A program made the translations under genes and the position numbers. Shown piece after piece: positions 25,700 to 39,900 of a DNA stretch of 64,000 nucleotides (position 1 is its first letter; every line of letters begins with the position of its first letter). The notes under the pieces were generated by a model. The model was not told the origin of the DNA, ran no database searches, and saw nothing but the letters and a program-made list of their open reading frames with translations. The DNA is taken from positions 217,000,001-217,064,000 of the forward strand of contig OZ024741.1 in the NCBI GenBank assembly GCA_964016885.1, written 5' to 3'. Source of the stretch: Eledone cirrhosa. Taxonomy: Eukaryota.

Positions 25700-28600
25700 T
25701 GTCAATATTTTTTCGAAACTTGTACATTGCCTGGAAAGTTTTACCAATTTTATGGTGACAACTACTAAATAATTCATTTTTTTTTGTTGATTAAATTATC
25801 ATAATTTGTAATTATCTGTAGAATCTCAAGGTTACAAAGATTGCAAATTTGCGAAATATTTGAGTTCCGATAGGAAGCAGCATTCTTTAATTTCGTCCAA
25901 GAGATGGAGTATTTAATATTATTGTCCTTTAAAGACCATATTAGTTGTGAAAGTGAAGTTGAAAATTTCTCATATGGTCTATTGAAAGAGTGGCTATGAT
26001 TAAACCAACGATCCTTAAATTTAGATGAGGTGGCACCTATGTAGTTATATATATTATTATTTGTCTTAATGGTACATTTATATACTAGATTTTTGTCAAG
26101 GCAATTATTTTGTAAAGGACATTCAGACCTCTTTCTAGAATTACATTTCTTCTCAATGTTATTTACAGACGTTAAACTATTCCCATTGTTATTTAAAGAT
26201 ATTCTACTATTATTCGTGTTTAAAGTTATTCCCATTAACTAATATATTGTTATTATTTTGTTGCAAATTATAGGTTGGTTCAAATTAAGATTTTTATTAT
26301 TTATTTTTGCTATATTTTGAGCAATATTCATAGTTGTTGAATAAGAAAGTTTAACTGTGTGTCTATTTAAGATAGAGTAATATTTATGTGACCTAGGGAA
26401 GCATTATCCAAAGCTTTAAAAAAATAAATGTGCTACAGGTGTTTTAATAGCTAAAGATGCTGGCGGAGCATACTAAATTATAGATCTAGTTATTATTTTT
26501 TTTCCCCGATTTATTCATCAAGTTGTTTTTATATTCATTTTTATTATGATTACTGCGATTATAATTAATTTTATTTTTAGTATTTTTTTTATATACCCAA
26601 TATTATTGTTATATCCAGCTTTATGTAACGCTTCATTATAATATACAGCCTTACTATTAAATATGGATCTATTAGCAGACAGCCTAGATATTCGTTGTTG
26701 CACACTGTTGACTATTGCATTCTTAACACTTTTAGGATGATTAGAATAAAAACTAACATAATTTAAGTTCTCATTGACTTTATGGAAAAGATAATAAAGG
26801 CCTGAGTTCAAATTTAGAGTCACATCTAACAAATTAACTATTTTATTATTATTTTCTAGTTCTAATTTCAGGTCGTAATTTTTAAAAAATTCTATAATTA
26901 CATTCTTTACTCTATTTAATTCGCTATTGTTATGTTTTTCTACAATAAATAGTATGTCGTCCCTATATAAACCTCCGGTAATCTCCGGCAGTTTTCTATT
27001 TATCATGTTAAAATGCCCACAAGATCTGTAACTTGCGCCGAATCTGACGAACCCATAGTAATGTCAAAATTCTTCTGTCTATTCGCCCTGGTCCAAAGAT
27101 CATTATTAAAATCAATCAAAATTCGCCTTGCTGTTAATATAATATTTATCGCATCAATAGATAGGTCTGTGTGCTTATATGCATATGATAGCGCCTTATT
27201 TAATAGATCAGGAGTTATCGAGGAATAATAACTCGCTATATCCATTTGAATGAACTTATAATTATTTTTATTTTTTATATTATTGAACCAATCTATGACT
27301 TCACTAGTGCATTTCCATAGATTTAGCCGTAACCTCAATTTAAGTGTTGGTAAAATCCTATCTATTAAATTTTTACTAATTATTCCAAGATCTGATTTAG
27401 AAGGTGCTATAAGTCTAACTGGTAATTCCTCTTCGAAATTTCTTTTATGGTCTTTAAAATTTATCCGCGGTTGCTTTGGTATGAAAGGTTCAGTCTTCCG
27501 CTCTATTCCAAGATTGGTGATAATTTTAAATGCATCATTATTAATATCCAATAAATCCTCACTTGGGGCCTTTTTATAATTTTTCCTCAATTCTTTTAAA
27601 ATTAAGTTGTTATATTTTGTTCTTTCCATCCCATATAGGTTGTTCGTTTTATCTGATTTCACTAATAATTTATTTATTTTTTGCATGTCATTAATTTTTT
27701 CCTGAGGTATTCTTGGCCTCTATATGCGGTTTTTTTTAATTTAATGTTCCTTAATATATTTATAATTTCGTTTTCGAAATTAGCCAAGAGTTTGTTGTAA
27801 GGAGGATTTTTCCTAGATCTAAAAATATGATCGAAATTATGGTTGGTGTTTTTCTTATCAATATTCTCTTTATTTTCAAAGTAGAAAGCACGCCACCGCA
27901 GTCTTCTTATGAAGGAGTTGGTTTTTCCAATAAGTTGTCTCATATATTCTTCGTTTGATGGTATTGGTATATCCTTGAGAGATGTATAAATCCTGAAGAA
28001 TTCCATCATTTATTAGTAATCTATTGCAGAAGAAGCGCTCAACCTTCTGGGAGCTAAATATGACCAAATATTAATATGGTTCGTTGATTACTCAACGAAT
28101 ACAGTTTTATAATAGATTAGAAGGACTCAACAGAAAAGTTTTCCTGGAGTTTTTAATATTATTCAAAATGTTAACAAATGACAAATATTCGCATAATCAA
28201 AGTATATACTTTATTATATATATTTCAAAGCTACTGTGCTGTTTTTTTTTTCAGTACGTCCTCATCAGACAAAATATATGATTTGATATATGACATACCG
28301 CTACGGTCTTGATTATTCAATTCCCGTATTGGCAGTGATTTATTTCATCAAATCTCAACGTTTTTATACCACAAATAATAGGATAAACTTAAAGAAGAAA
28401 AGGACGTAGAGCAAATTAGAGATATAGAAAAGAAGAGGAAAGGCAATAAATAAATAAAAACAAGAAATAAATAAATAAATAAATAAACGTTGAGATTTGA
28501 TTAAATAAATCACTGCCAATACGGGAATTGAATAATCAAGACCGTAGCGGTATGTCATATATCAAATCATATATTTTGTCTGATGAGGACGTACTGAAAA

Positions 28601-28776
28601 AACAGCACAGTACCTTTTAAATACATATAATAAAGTATATATTTTGATTATGCGAATATTTTTCATTTGTTAACATTTTGAATAATAAAAACTCCAGGAA
28701 AACATAGCTGTTGAATGCTTCTAATCTATTGTAAAACTGTATTTGTTGAGTAATCAATGAACCATATTAATCTTTG

Positions 28777-28785
<9 letters not shown>
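25700..28785 (-). mobile_element. Near full-length degenerate Penelope-like element (Naiad-type RT plus GIY-YIG) with inverted pLTRs, in intron 1 of the host gene
   Basis: Frameshifted ORFs 27674-28009, 27003-27686 (KDHKRNF..PVRLIAPSKS, MDIASYYSS, ITMGSSDSAQ), 26518-27006 (GLYRDD) and 25774-26235 (C..RSECPLQNNC, VYKC, YIGAT, CNLCNLE). 28066-28345 is inverted at 28488-28780. Confidence 0.9.
28204..28279 (-). ncRNA. Minimal type I hammerhead ribozyme in the PLE pLTR; inverted copy at 28569-28640 has GAAA>TAAA
   Basis: atatattttgt-CTGATGA-ggacgtactg...cagtagcttt-GAAA-tatata-TA^-ataaagtatat; stem I is 11 bp including GU pairs. Confidence 0.8.
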
Positions 28786-28813
<28 letters not shown>

Positions 28814-29295
28814 TTCTAGCTCTCTCTATCTATCTATCTCCCTCTCCCTTTCTTCTCTTTCTACCTACTCTTCCTGTAATTTAGACTATTTAGACAGTGC
28901 CTCATATGTTCTCAGAGGCTAGATGAGTCGCCATTCGTTCTGTATCCTTTCTTTGTAGGACTACAGTCCAAACTATTTATTTCTATATTTCTCTCTTCTT
29001 CACTTTGCATATTGTGCTTATATCTCTTCCTTTTCCGTTGAAGTACATTCGTTTGTAGCTTTTGGAGGTGAGGGAAGCATTATTTGTGTATTTCGTCAAA
29101 AGGTACAGTTCGTCCTATGCCTCCCTGTTACCGTCTCATGTTCGGTAGAATGACTAGTCACGTCTTTAATACACCAAAACTATAAAGATTTCCACAAGTT
29201 GATTGAAAAGGAGCTGTCCGTTTTTCCGTTGTTTTTCCTCCGTTGTCATTGTCTTTGACGCCCTCTTATATATGTATATATATATATACATATAT

Positions 29296-29347
<52 letters not shown>

Positions 29348-29348
<1 letters not shown>

Positions 29349-30062
29349 TATAAAAGAAAGATGTTTATTGGTTGGTTGGTCGGTTGGTTGAATCACACGA
29401 AAACCACACACACATACACACACACACACAAATACATGCACACACATCTAAAGAGAGAGACACAGAGAGAGAGGCAGAAAGAGAGATAGGCCGTTATACA
29501 GAGAGAGATATAATTAAAGTGTTAGATATTCAGAGAGAGAGAGTAACGTCCCACGAAAGTCTAAGAAACGGCTTAAACTATAGACGTTTTGATCTATAGA
29601 AAGGTTTAACAAAAGCTTTTATAAATTCGTTTTACATTCTTTGATTTTACAGAACAAAGAAAAATTGATATTATTTGAAACCCTCCAGCTTTTATCCATA
29701 TACTACTTACAGTCCGTACAACCGAAGCTAAACACTTCAGAAGCAATGTTATGTGGTATATTGCTGTTTCAGATAACGTCCTTTGGAGTTGAAAAAGATC
29801 ATACTGACTATGGTTATTTCACATTTAAAATCCAAGGCCAATGCTACCATTTAATCGGCAGTTTACTCCCCAAGCCTAATAAGGAAGTTTTATGATTGTT
29901 TTTGTTTTATGTCTCTCTGACACACACACACACACACACACGCGCGCGCGCGCACACACTACGTCTCACCTCATACCAGACAACACATCCAATACAGTCG
30001 TTTTCTCTTTCATCCGTCTTCTCTTAACTGTTCTCCCGGGCGAAGCCGGGTACCTCATCTAG
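29348..30062 (+). mobile_element. Non-autonomous Helitron with a Rep remnant
   Basis: ORF 29641-29895 contains FQITSFG...FTFKIQGQCYHLIGSLLP (Helitron Rep N-region); 3' hairpin cccgggcgaagccggg followed by tacctcatCTAG|T. Confidence 0.85.
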
Positions 30063-30122
<60 letters not shown>

Positions 30123-30283
30123 AGAGAGAGGGGAGCGAGAAGGGGGCAGAGAAGAACAGACAGATAGATAATAATACTGGCAGAAAACGCTGACGTCTGG
30201 CATAGATGAAAACATTTCAGACCAATTTTCTTAAATTGTATCACAAACAGACAGGAATACCTCCCATTATAATATAGATCCAT

Positions 30284-30470
30284 GGCGGTGGATTGGCAGT
30301 ATCGGTAAAAGGTCGGACGCTATGCTTTGCAGTAAAGAGTTACGGCCCTTTATGGTCTGAGTTCAAATCCCGCCGAGGTTAACTTTGCCTTTCATCCTTA
30401 CGGGGTCGATAAAATAAAGTACCAGTAATACACTGGGATAATTGCTGGCATTGTGCCAAAAGTAGAAATA
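30284..30470 (+). mobile_element. SINE, full length, with an ~18-bp target-site duplication (attataatatagatccat)
   Basis: TSD copies at 30266-30283 and 30471-30488. Confidence 0.9.
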
Positions 30471-30527
30471 ATTATAATATAGATCCATGTTTTGTTTGTA
30501 AATGATTTCTTTGTGTTTCTATTTCAG

Positions 30528-30816
30528 GTATTTTCCAACCAAACTATTGTTACACGTAACGTAACGGTAGTATATTCAAGACATTCAAAATCATTTACAG
30601 CTTCCTTCCCAGTAAAAGACATTTATCGCTCGACTTTAAAACTTAACGTGTGTCCAAGAAAAGACAATAGTACGAGAGCAACGCAGGCATGCTTTCTCCA
30701 GAACCCAGTGAAGGACACAGATCTTACTACAACCAAATCGTTCTTAATAGCAGTATCAAAATTGCCAGTACGGATAAATTGTTCCCACTGTGTTCTGCAA
30801 TGGATTTTGAAAATAT
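30528..30816 (+). CDS. Exon 2: AA15 LPMO-like (chitin-binding type-4) domain, degenerate
   Basis: Acceptor tttcag|GTA and donor T|GTAAGT. The translation ...LKLNVCPRKDNSTRATQACFLQNPV...KLPVRINCSHCVLQW matches the remembered AA15 pattern F.LCP....ATQEC...LP....C..CVLQW. Confidence 0.75.
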
Positions 30817-31053
30817 GTAAGTGTCTTATTTCAATATATATGTATTGTTGTAGTTGTTGTGGTAGTTGTCATAATAATGTAACCATATATATCTCCTATC
30901 TTTTATATTATATTTCTTTATTAACCACATAGGACTCGCATTAAGGAAACATTAAAAAACAGTACAGGACGATGCAGTGGGATGATGTTGTTGTTGTGTG
31001 TAAAATAAAATTTATAACAGAGGCTAAAAAATAAACTTTTAAAATAAACAGTA

Positions 31054-31100
<47 letters not shown>

Positions 31101-32466
31101 GCCATAAAAATAAGCCATAAACACGCTTGCCATACCAGTAGTAACCTACAGTTACAATGTCATCAACTGGTCAAGCACAGAGATCCGTAGGCTCGATACA
31201 AAAGTTCGAAAATTCTTAACCATGCACAGAATGCATCACCCTAAAGCAGATATAGATAGAATATATCTCCCTAGGAAAGAAGGAGGACGTGGGTTAATCC
31301 AGTTAGATATTGCGTTGAAAACTGCAACAATTGGATTATCTACATATCTAAGGGAATCAGATGATTGGATGATCAAACTCGTTTTGAAACACGAAAGCAT
31401 CAAAAGATCATATTCCATTACAAAAGATGCACAAAGATACAGTAATGGACTACAAATTTCAGAAGTCCCATTTACTGCTGAAATGGAAAACACAGAAAAA
31501 GCAAAGCAGGTAAAAGTAACTGCAAAGAAAGAACTGCTACAGAAACTGGCTAAGAAATGGCAAGAAAAGCCTCTGTGTGGAAAATACCCAGAGCGAGCTA
31601 ACAATCCTGATGTTGACAAAACTTTAACCCATCAGTGGTTGGCATCCTCTGGACTGAAATCGGAGACTGAAGGACTGATTATATCGGCACAAGATCAGTG
31701 TCTGCCAACAAAAAATTACCAAGCCAACATAATAAAAAATGGGTGCAGCCCATTATGCCGTGTATGCAAAAAACAACCAGAGACCATTGACCATATAATT
31801 TCAATGTGCAGTCCTATAGCTCCAACCGAATACCTAAACAGGCATGACAGAGCTGCACAATACATACATTGGATAATGTGTAAGCATTTTGACCTGCCCT
31901 ATCAAAAGAATTGGTGGGAGCATCAACCACCTCCCATACTTGAAAAAGATCACATCTCAATCTTGTGGAACTTTAGCATCCAAACAGACCGAAAAATAGA
32001 TGCAAACAGACCTGATATAATATTGAAAGACTTTCAAAAGAGGGTATGCCTGCTAATTGATATGTCTGTTCCAATAGACAAGAATGTATCTATAAAAACA
32101 TTTGAAAAATTGAGCAAGTATAAGGACCTGGAGATAGAAATTGGAAAAATGTGGAAATTGAGAACTAAAACAATACCAGTGGTTGTAGGCGCTCTGGGAA
32201 TGATACCTAAGGGGTCTAATGATTACATATCGCAAATCCCAGGAAACCCGCGTATAGGAGAAATACAAAAGATAGTACTAATGGGAACTGCCCATATACT
32301 AAGGAAGATTCTGTCAATATAAGTACATCACAAGTCTAAACACTAAAGATGCATGTGTGAATATGTATGTTCTTTCTTGAACATGGCGGACCTTGTTGTC
32401 TCTTGAGGTCACTGGTTGTGACTTGGTGATAACTCGTATGAACATAAAGCAAGATAAATGCAACTG
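31101..32466 (+). mobile_element. 5'-truncated R4/Dong-clade non-LTR retrotransposon (RT C-terminus, CCHC finger, restriction-like endonuclease, 3' UTR)
   Basis: ORF 31222-32322: HPKADIDRIYLPRKEGGRGL, CRVC...ETIDHIISMC, RHD, NRPDII, LIDMSVP, KLSKYKDL; flanked by (AAT)n. Confidence 0.9.
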
Positions 32467-32490
32467 TAATAATAATAATAATAATAATAA

Positions 32491-32934
32491 AAGAGGACTT
32501 TAAAAAGAGGGTATGCCTGCTAATTGATATGTCCGTTCCAACAGACAAGAATGTATCTATAAAAACATTTGAAAAATTGAGCAAGTATAAGGACCTGGAG
32601 ATAGAAATTGGAAAAATGTGGAAATTGAGAACTAAAACAATACCAGTGGTTGTAGGCGCTCTGGGAATGATACCTAAGGGGTCTAATGATTACTTATCGC
32701 AAATCCCAGGAAACCCGCGTATAGGAGAAATACAAAAGATAGTACTAATGGGAACTGCCCATATACTAAGGAAGATTCTGTCAATATAAGTACATCACAA
32801 GTCTAAACACTAAAGATGCATGTGTGAGTATGTATGTTCTTTCTTGAACATGGCGGACCTTGTTGTCTCTTGAGGTCACTGGTTGTGACTTGGTGATAAC
32901 TCGTATGAACATAAAGCAAGATAAATGCAACTGT
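32491..32934 (+). mobile_element. Second, shorter 5'-truncated copy of the same R4/Dong element, in tandem
   Basis: Near-identical to 32025-32466, separated by and followed by (AAT)n. Confidence 0.9.
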
Positions 32935-32949
32935 AATAATAATAATAAT

Positions 32950-33329
32950 AATTGTTTCTACTTTTGGCACAAGGCCAGCAATTACCAAGTACATTACTGG
33001 TACTTTATTTTATCGACTTCATAAGGATGAAAGGTAAAGTTAACCTCGACGGGATTTGAACTCAGACCGTAAAGGGACGTAACTATGCTAGAAAGCATGG
33101 CGTCCAACCCTCTACCGATACTGCCAATAATAATAATAATTGTTTCTACTTTTGGCACAAGGCCAGCAATTATCCCAGTGCATTACTGGTACTTTATTTT
33201 ATCGACCCCGTAAGGATGAAAGGCAAAGTTAACCTCGGCGGGATTTGAACTCAGATCACAAAGGGCCGTAACTCTGTACTGCAAAGCATGGCGTCCGACC
33301 CTCAACCGATACTGCCAAACCACCGCCCC
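32950..33329 (-). mobile_element. Two tandem SINE copies (32950-33126, 33138-33329) in (AAT)n
   Basis: Reverse complements of the SINE at 2719. Confidence 0.85.
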
Positions 33330-33376
<47 letters not shown>

Positions 33377-33377
33377 G

Positions 33378-33932
33378 TTTCATTTATTGACCACAAGGGT
33401 CGACATATAGGGGACAATACAAAATACAGGGATAGTGGGGGTTTACATATACAACGTGTAAACAATATAAGTAACAATAACAAAATAATAATAATGATAA
33501 TAATAACATTAATAATAACAATTTCATAATAAGTAATAATAATAATGATTTCTTTATTAACCACAAGGGTTTACATAAAGTAGACATTAAGGACAGTACA
33601 GGACAATACAGGGCGGTACAAATGGGAATTTCTGCGTGTAAAAAAAACAAGAAACAGAGGATGTAATAATAGAACAATGAAAAAATTCCCCAATAGGGGG
33701 AAGACTTCCGAGGGACATTGGTGGAGAAAGCCCATTAAAAAGCCACAGTGACCCTGACCACCAGGGCAAGTGCCCTCTCCCAGTTTTCCACCTTTAATTT
33801 ACAGACACATACTCAGAGTAAGCCCATTCACTCGGGCCATTCTTGCCTCTCTCACCCATCTTTCAACAAAATGCTGGGAAGAGAGCATTTCCCTTTCTAC
33901 CCTGATTTTCCTTTTCAAATTAAATTTGAATA
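33378..33932 (-). mobile_element. 3' ends of Tx1/L1-like LINE(s)
   Basis: Minus translation FKFNLKRKIRVEREMLSSQHFVERWVREARMARVNGLTLSMCL*, followed by a UTR ending ccccttgtggttaataaag-like + (ATT)n; a shorter related end lies at 33378-33470. Confidence 0.55.
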
Positions 33933-33980
33933 AGTAATAATAATAATATTAACGCTTTCGGTTATTTTGATCTTCTACAG

Positions 33981-36900
33981 CTGAATTTTCTCCTAATGTC
34001 ATCCCTAAAGAATATGTCGGTTGTATTGACCTCGCCAAGACAGAGATATTAAACGAATTGGAACCCTTTGAAGGGATACAAAGCCCCGTCAGAAGAAATC
34101 AACAACCCTCGAACATGCAACAACCTTTACCCTATTATTATTATCCTTATTATTATCATCACATTGGTTGCTATGGTATCTACAATTATAACCACGTGCC
34201 CGGGATTAATTACTGGTGCGCAGTAAATTGTATACGTGGTTACTGCCCATACTCCCATTGCTCCTGTAACATTCCCTGCCAGGTGAAACCATCCTATGTC
34301 ATAATTCCCGGCATGATAGAGTGGTGTTACCTGAACTGTCACGCTGGGAACTGTCCAGAAAGCCACTGTAAATGTAACATTGACGAACAGAGTACCCCAT
34401 CTGACCAATCAGATCCCACAAATCCAGCACCAGCATCACAACCAAGTCCTCAACCACCAGCTCAAACGCCGACACAAGCACCACCACCACCACCACCTAC
34501 ACCGGCTCCAGCAGCGACACCACCACCATCACCAGCATCACCTCAACCATCAGGCTGTACCGTAAAGGATGACTATTCAGAAATACCTGGAATGCAAGAT
34601 TGGTGTGTCCTCAATTGTGGGTTGGGATTCTGTCCGGAAACTCATTGTGCGAGCTGCTCCGATATAGGGGAAACCACAGCGGGCCCACAAACAACACCAA
34701 CAACACCAACAACACCTACCACACCAACAACACCTACCACACCAACAACACCAACAACACCTACCACACCAACAACACCAACAACACAAACAACGCCTAC
34801 CACACCTACCACACCAACAACACCTACCACACCAACAACACCTACCACACCAATAACACCAACAACACCTACCACACCAACAACACCAACAACACCTGCC
34901 ACACCAACAACACCAACAACACCAACAACACCTACCACACCAACAACACCAACAACACCAACAACAACACCAACAACAACACCAACAACAACACCAACTA
35001 CAACACCAACTACAACGCCAACAACAACGCCAACAACAACACCAACAACAACACCAACAACAACACCAACAACAACACCAACAACAACACCAACAACAAC
35101 ACCAACTACAACACCAACTACAACACCAACTACAACACCAACAACAACACCAACAACAACACCAACTACAACACCAACTACAACACCAACAACAACACCA
35201 ACAACAACACCAACTACAACACCAACTACAACACCAACAACAACACCAACAACAACACCAACTACAACACCAACAACTACACCAACAACAACACCAACAA
35301 CAACAGCAACTACAACACCAACAACAACACCAACAACAACACCAACAACAACACCAACTACAACACCAACAACAACAGCAACTACAACACCAGCAACAAC
35401 ACCGACTACAACACCAACAACAACACCAACAACAACACCAACAACAACACCAACAACAACACCAACAACAACACCAACAACAACACCAACTACAACACCA
35501 ACAACAACACCAACAACAACACCAACTACAACACCAACAACAACACCAACAACAACACCAACAACAACACCAACAACAACACCAACAACAACACCAACAA
35601 CAACACCAACAACAACACCAACTACAACACCAACTACAACACCAACAACAACACCAACAACAACACCAACAACAACACCAACAACACCAACAACAACACC
35701 AACTACCACACCAACAACAACACCAACTACAACACCAACAACAACACCAACTACAACACCAACTACAACACCAACAACAACACCAACAACACCAACAACA
35801 ACACCAACAACAACACCAACTACGACACCAACAACAACACCAACAACAACACCAACTACAACACCAACAACAACACCAACAACAACACCTACAACAACAC
35901 CAACAACAACACCTACAACAACACCAACCACCACACCAACAACAACACCAACTACAACACCAACAACACCAACAACAACACCAACTACAACACCAACAAC
36001 AACACCAACAACAACACCAACTACAACACCAACAACAACACCAACAACAACACTAACTACAACACCAACAACACCAACAACAACACCAACTACAACACCA
36101 ACTACAACACCAACAACACCAACAACAACACCAACTACAACACCAACAACAACACCAACAACACCAGCAACAACAACACCAACAACAACACCAACTACAA
36201 CACCAACAACACCAACAACAACACCAACTACAACACCAACAACAACACCAACAACAACACCAACAACAACACCAACAACAACAACAACACCAACAACAAC
36301 ACCAACAACAACACCAACAACAACACCAACTACAACACCAACAACTACACCAACAACAACACGAACAACAACACCAACTACAACACCAGCAACAACACCG
36401 ACGACAACACCAACAACAACACCAACAACAACACCAACTACAACACCAACTACAACACCAACAACAACACCAACAACAACACCAACTACAATACCAACTA
36501 CAACACCAACTACAACACCAACAACAACACCAACAACAGCACCAACAACAACACCAACAACAACACCAACAACAACACCAACAACAACACCAACAACACC
36601 AACTACAACACCTACTACAACACCAACTACAACACCAACTACAACACCAACAAAAACACCAACAACAACACCAACAACAACACCAACAACAACACCAACA
36701 ACAACACCAACAACAACACCAACTACCACACCAACAACAACACCAACAACAACACCGACAACAACACCAACAACAACACCAACAGCAACACCAACTACAA
36801 CACCAACTACAACACCAACAACAACACCAACAACAACACCAACTACAACACCAACAACAACACCAACAACACCAACAACAACACCAACAACAACACCAAC

Positions 36901-39900
36901 TACGACACCAACAACAACACCAACAACACCAACAACAACACCTACAACAACACCAACCACCACACCAACAACAACACCAACTACAACACCAACTACAACA
37001 CCAACTACAACACCAACAACAACACCAACAACAGCACCAACAACAACACCAACAACAACACCAACAACAACACCAACAACAACACCAACAACACCAACAA
37101 CAACACCTACAACAACACCAACCACCACACCAACAACAACACCAACTACAACACCAACTACAACAACACCAACAACAACACCACCAACAACACCAACTAC
37201 AACACCAACAACAACACCAACAACAACACCAACAACAACACCAACAACAACACCAACAACAACACCAACTACAACACCAACAACACCAACAACAACACCA
37301 ACTACAACACCAACAACAACACCAACAACAACACCAACTACAACACCAACAACAACACCAACAACAACACCAACTACAACACCAACAACAACACCAACAA
37401 CAACACCAACTACAACACCAACTACAACACCAACAACAACACCAACAACAACACCAACCCCCACATCAACTACAACACCTACAACAACACCAACCACCAC
37501 ACCAACAACAACACCAACTACAACACCAACTACAACACCAACAACAACACCAACAACAACACCAACTACAACACCAACAACAACACCAGCTACAACACCA
37601 ACAACAACACCAACTACAACACCAACTACAACACCAACAACAACACCAACAACAACACCAACTACAACACCAACAACAACACCAACTACAACACCAACAA
37701 CAACACCAAATACAACACCAACAACAACACCAACAACACTAACAACAACACCAACAACAACACCAACTACGACACCAACAACAACACCAACAACAACACC
37801 AACAACAACACCAACTACGACACCAACAACAACACCAACAACAACACCAACAACAACACCTACAACAACACCAACCACCACACCAACAACAACACCAACA
37901 ACACCAACAACAACACCAACTACAACACCAACAACAACACCAACAACAACACCAACAACAACACCAACAACAACACCAACTACAACACCAACAACACCAA
38001 CAACAACACCAACTACAACACCAACTACAACACCAACAACACCAACAACAACACCAACTACAACACCAACAACAACACCAACTACAACACCAACAACAAC
38101 ACCAACAACAACACCAACTACAACACCAACAACAACACCAACTACAACACCAACAACAACACCAACAACAACACCAACAACATCACCAACAACACCAACA
38201 ACAACACCAACTACAACACCAACTACAACACCAACAACAACACCAACAACAACACCAACAACAACACCAACTACAACACCAGCAACAACACCGACTACAA
38301 CACCAACAACAACGCCAACAACAACACCAACACCAACAACACCAACAACAACACCAACTACAACACCAACAACAACACCTACAACAACACCAACAACAAC
38401 ACCAACAACAACACCAACTACAACACCAACAACACCAACAACAACACCAACAACAACACCAACAACAACACCAACAACAACACCAACTACATCACCAACA
38501 ACACCAACTACATCACCAACAACACCAACAACAACACCAACTACAACACCAACAACAACACCAACTACAACACCAACAACAACACCAACTACAACACCAA
38601 CAACAACGCCAACAACAACACCAACACCAACAACAACACCAACAACAACACCAACTACAACACCAACAACAACACCTACAACAACACCAACAACAACACC
38701 AACAACAACACCAACTACAACACCAACAACAACACCAACTACAACACCAACAACAACACCAACTACAACACCAACTACAACACCAACAACAACAACAACA
38801 CCAACTACAACACCAACTACAACACCAACAACAACACCAACAACAACACCAACTACAACACCAACAACAACACCAACTACAACACCAACTACAACACCAA
38901 CTACAACACCGACTACAACACCAACAACAACACCAACAACAACACCAACTACAACAACACCAACTACAACACCAACTACAACACCAACAACAACACCAAC
39001 TACAACACCAACTACAACACCAACTACAGCACCAACAACAACACCAACTACAACACCAACTACAACACCAACAACAACACCAACTACAACACCAACAACA
39101 ACACCAACTACAGCACCAACAACAACACCAACTACAACACCAACAACAACACCAACAACAACACCAACAACAACACCAACTACAACACCAACAACAACAC
39201 CAACAACAACGCCAACAACAACACCAACAACAACACCAACAACAACACCAACTACAACACCAACAACAACACCTACAACAACACCAACAACAACACCAAC
39301 AACAACACCAACACCAACAACAACACCAACAACAACACCAACAACAACACCAACTACAACACCAACAACAACACCAACTACAACACCAACAACAACACCA
39401 ACTACAACACCAACAACAACACCAACTACAACACCAACAACAACACCAACTACAACACCAACAACAACACCAACACCAACTACAACACCAACTACAACAC
39501 CGACTACAACACCAACAACAACACCAACAACAACACCAACTACAACACCAACAACAACACCAACTACAACACCAACAACAACACCAACAACAACACCAAC
39601 TACAACACCAACTACAACACCAACTACAACACCAACTACAACACCAACAACAACACCAACAACAACACCAACTACAACACCAACAACAACACCAACTACA
39701 ACACCAACTACAACACCAACTACAACACCGACTACAACACCAACAACAACACCAACAACAACACCAACTACAACACCAACAACAACACCAACAACAACAC
39801 CAACTACAACACCAACAACAACACCAACTACAACACCAACTACAACACCGACTACAACACCAACTACAACACCAACAACAACACCAACAACAACACCAAC

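Noticed and set aside
25774-28009. Selenocysteine read-through in the Naiad ORF
   Set aside because: The breaks I examined look like frameshifts or deletions rather than clean in-frame TGA codons, and no SECIS could be verified by eye.
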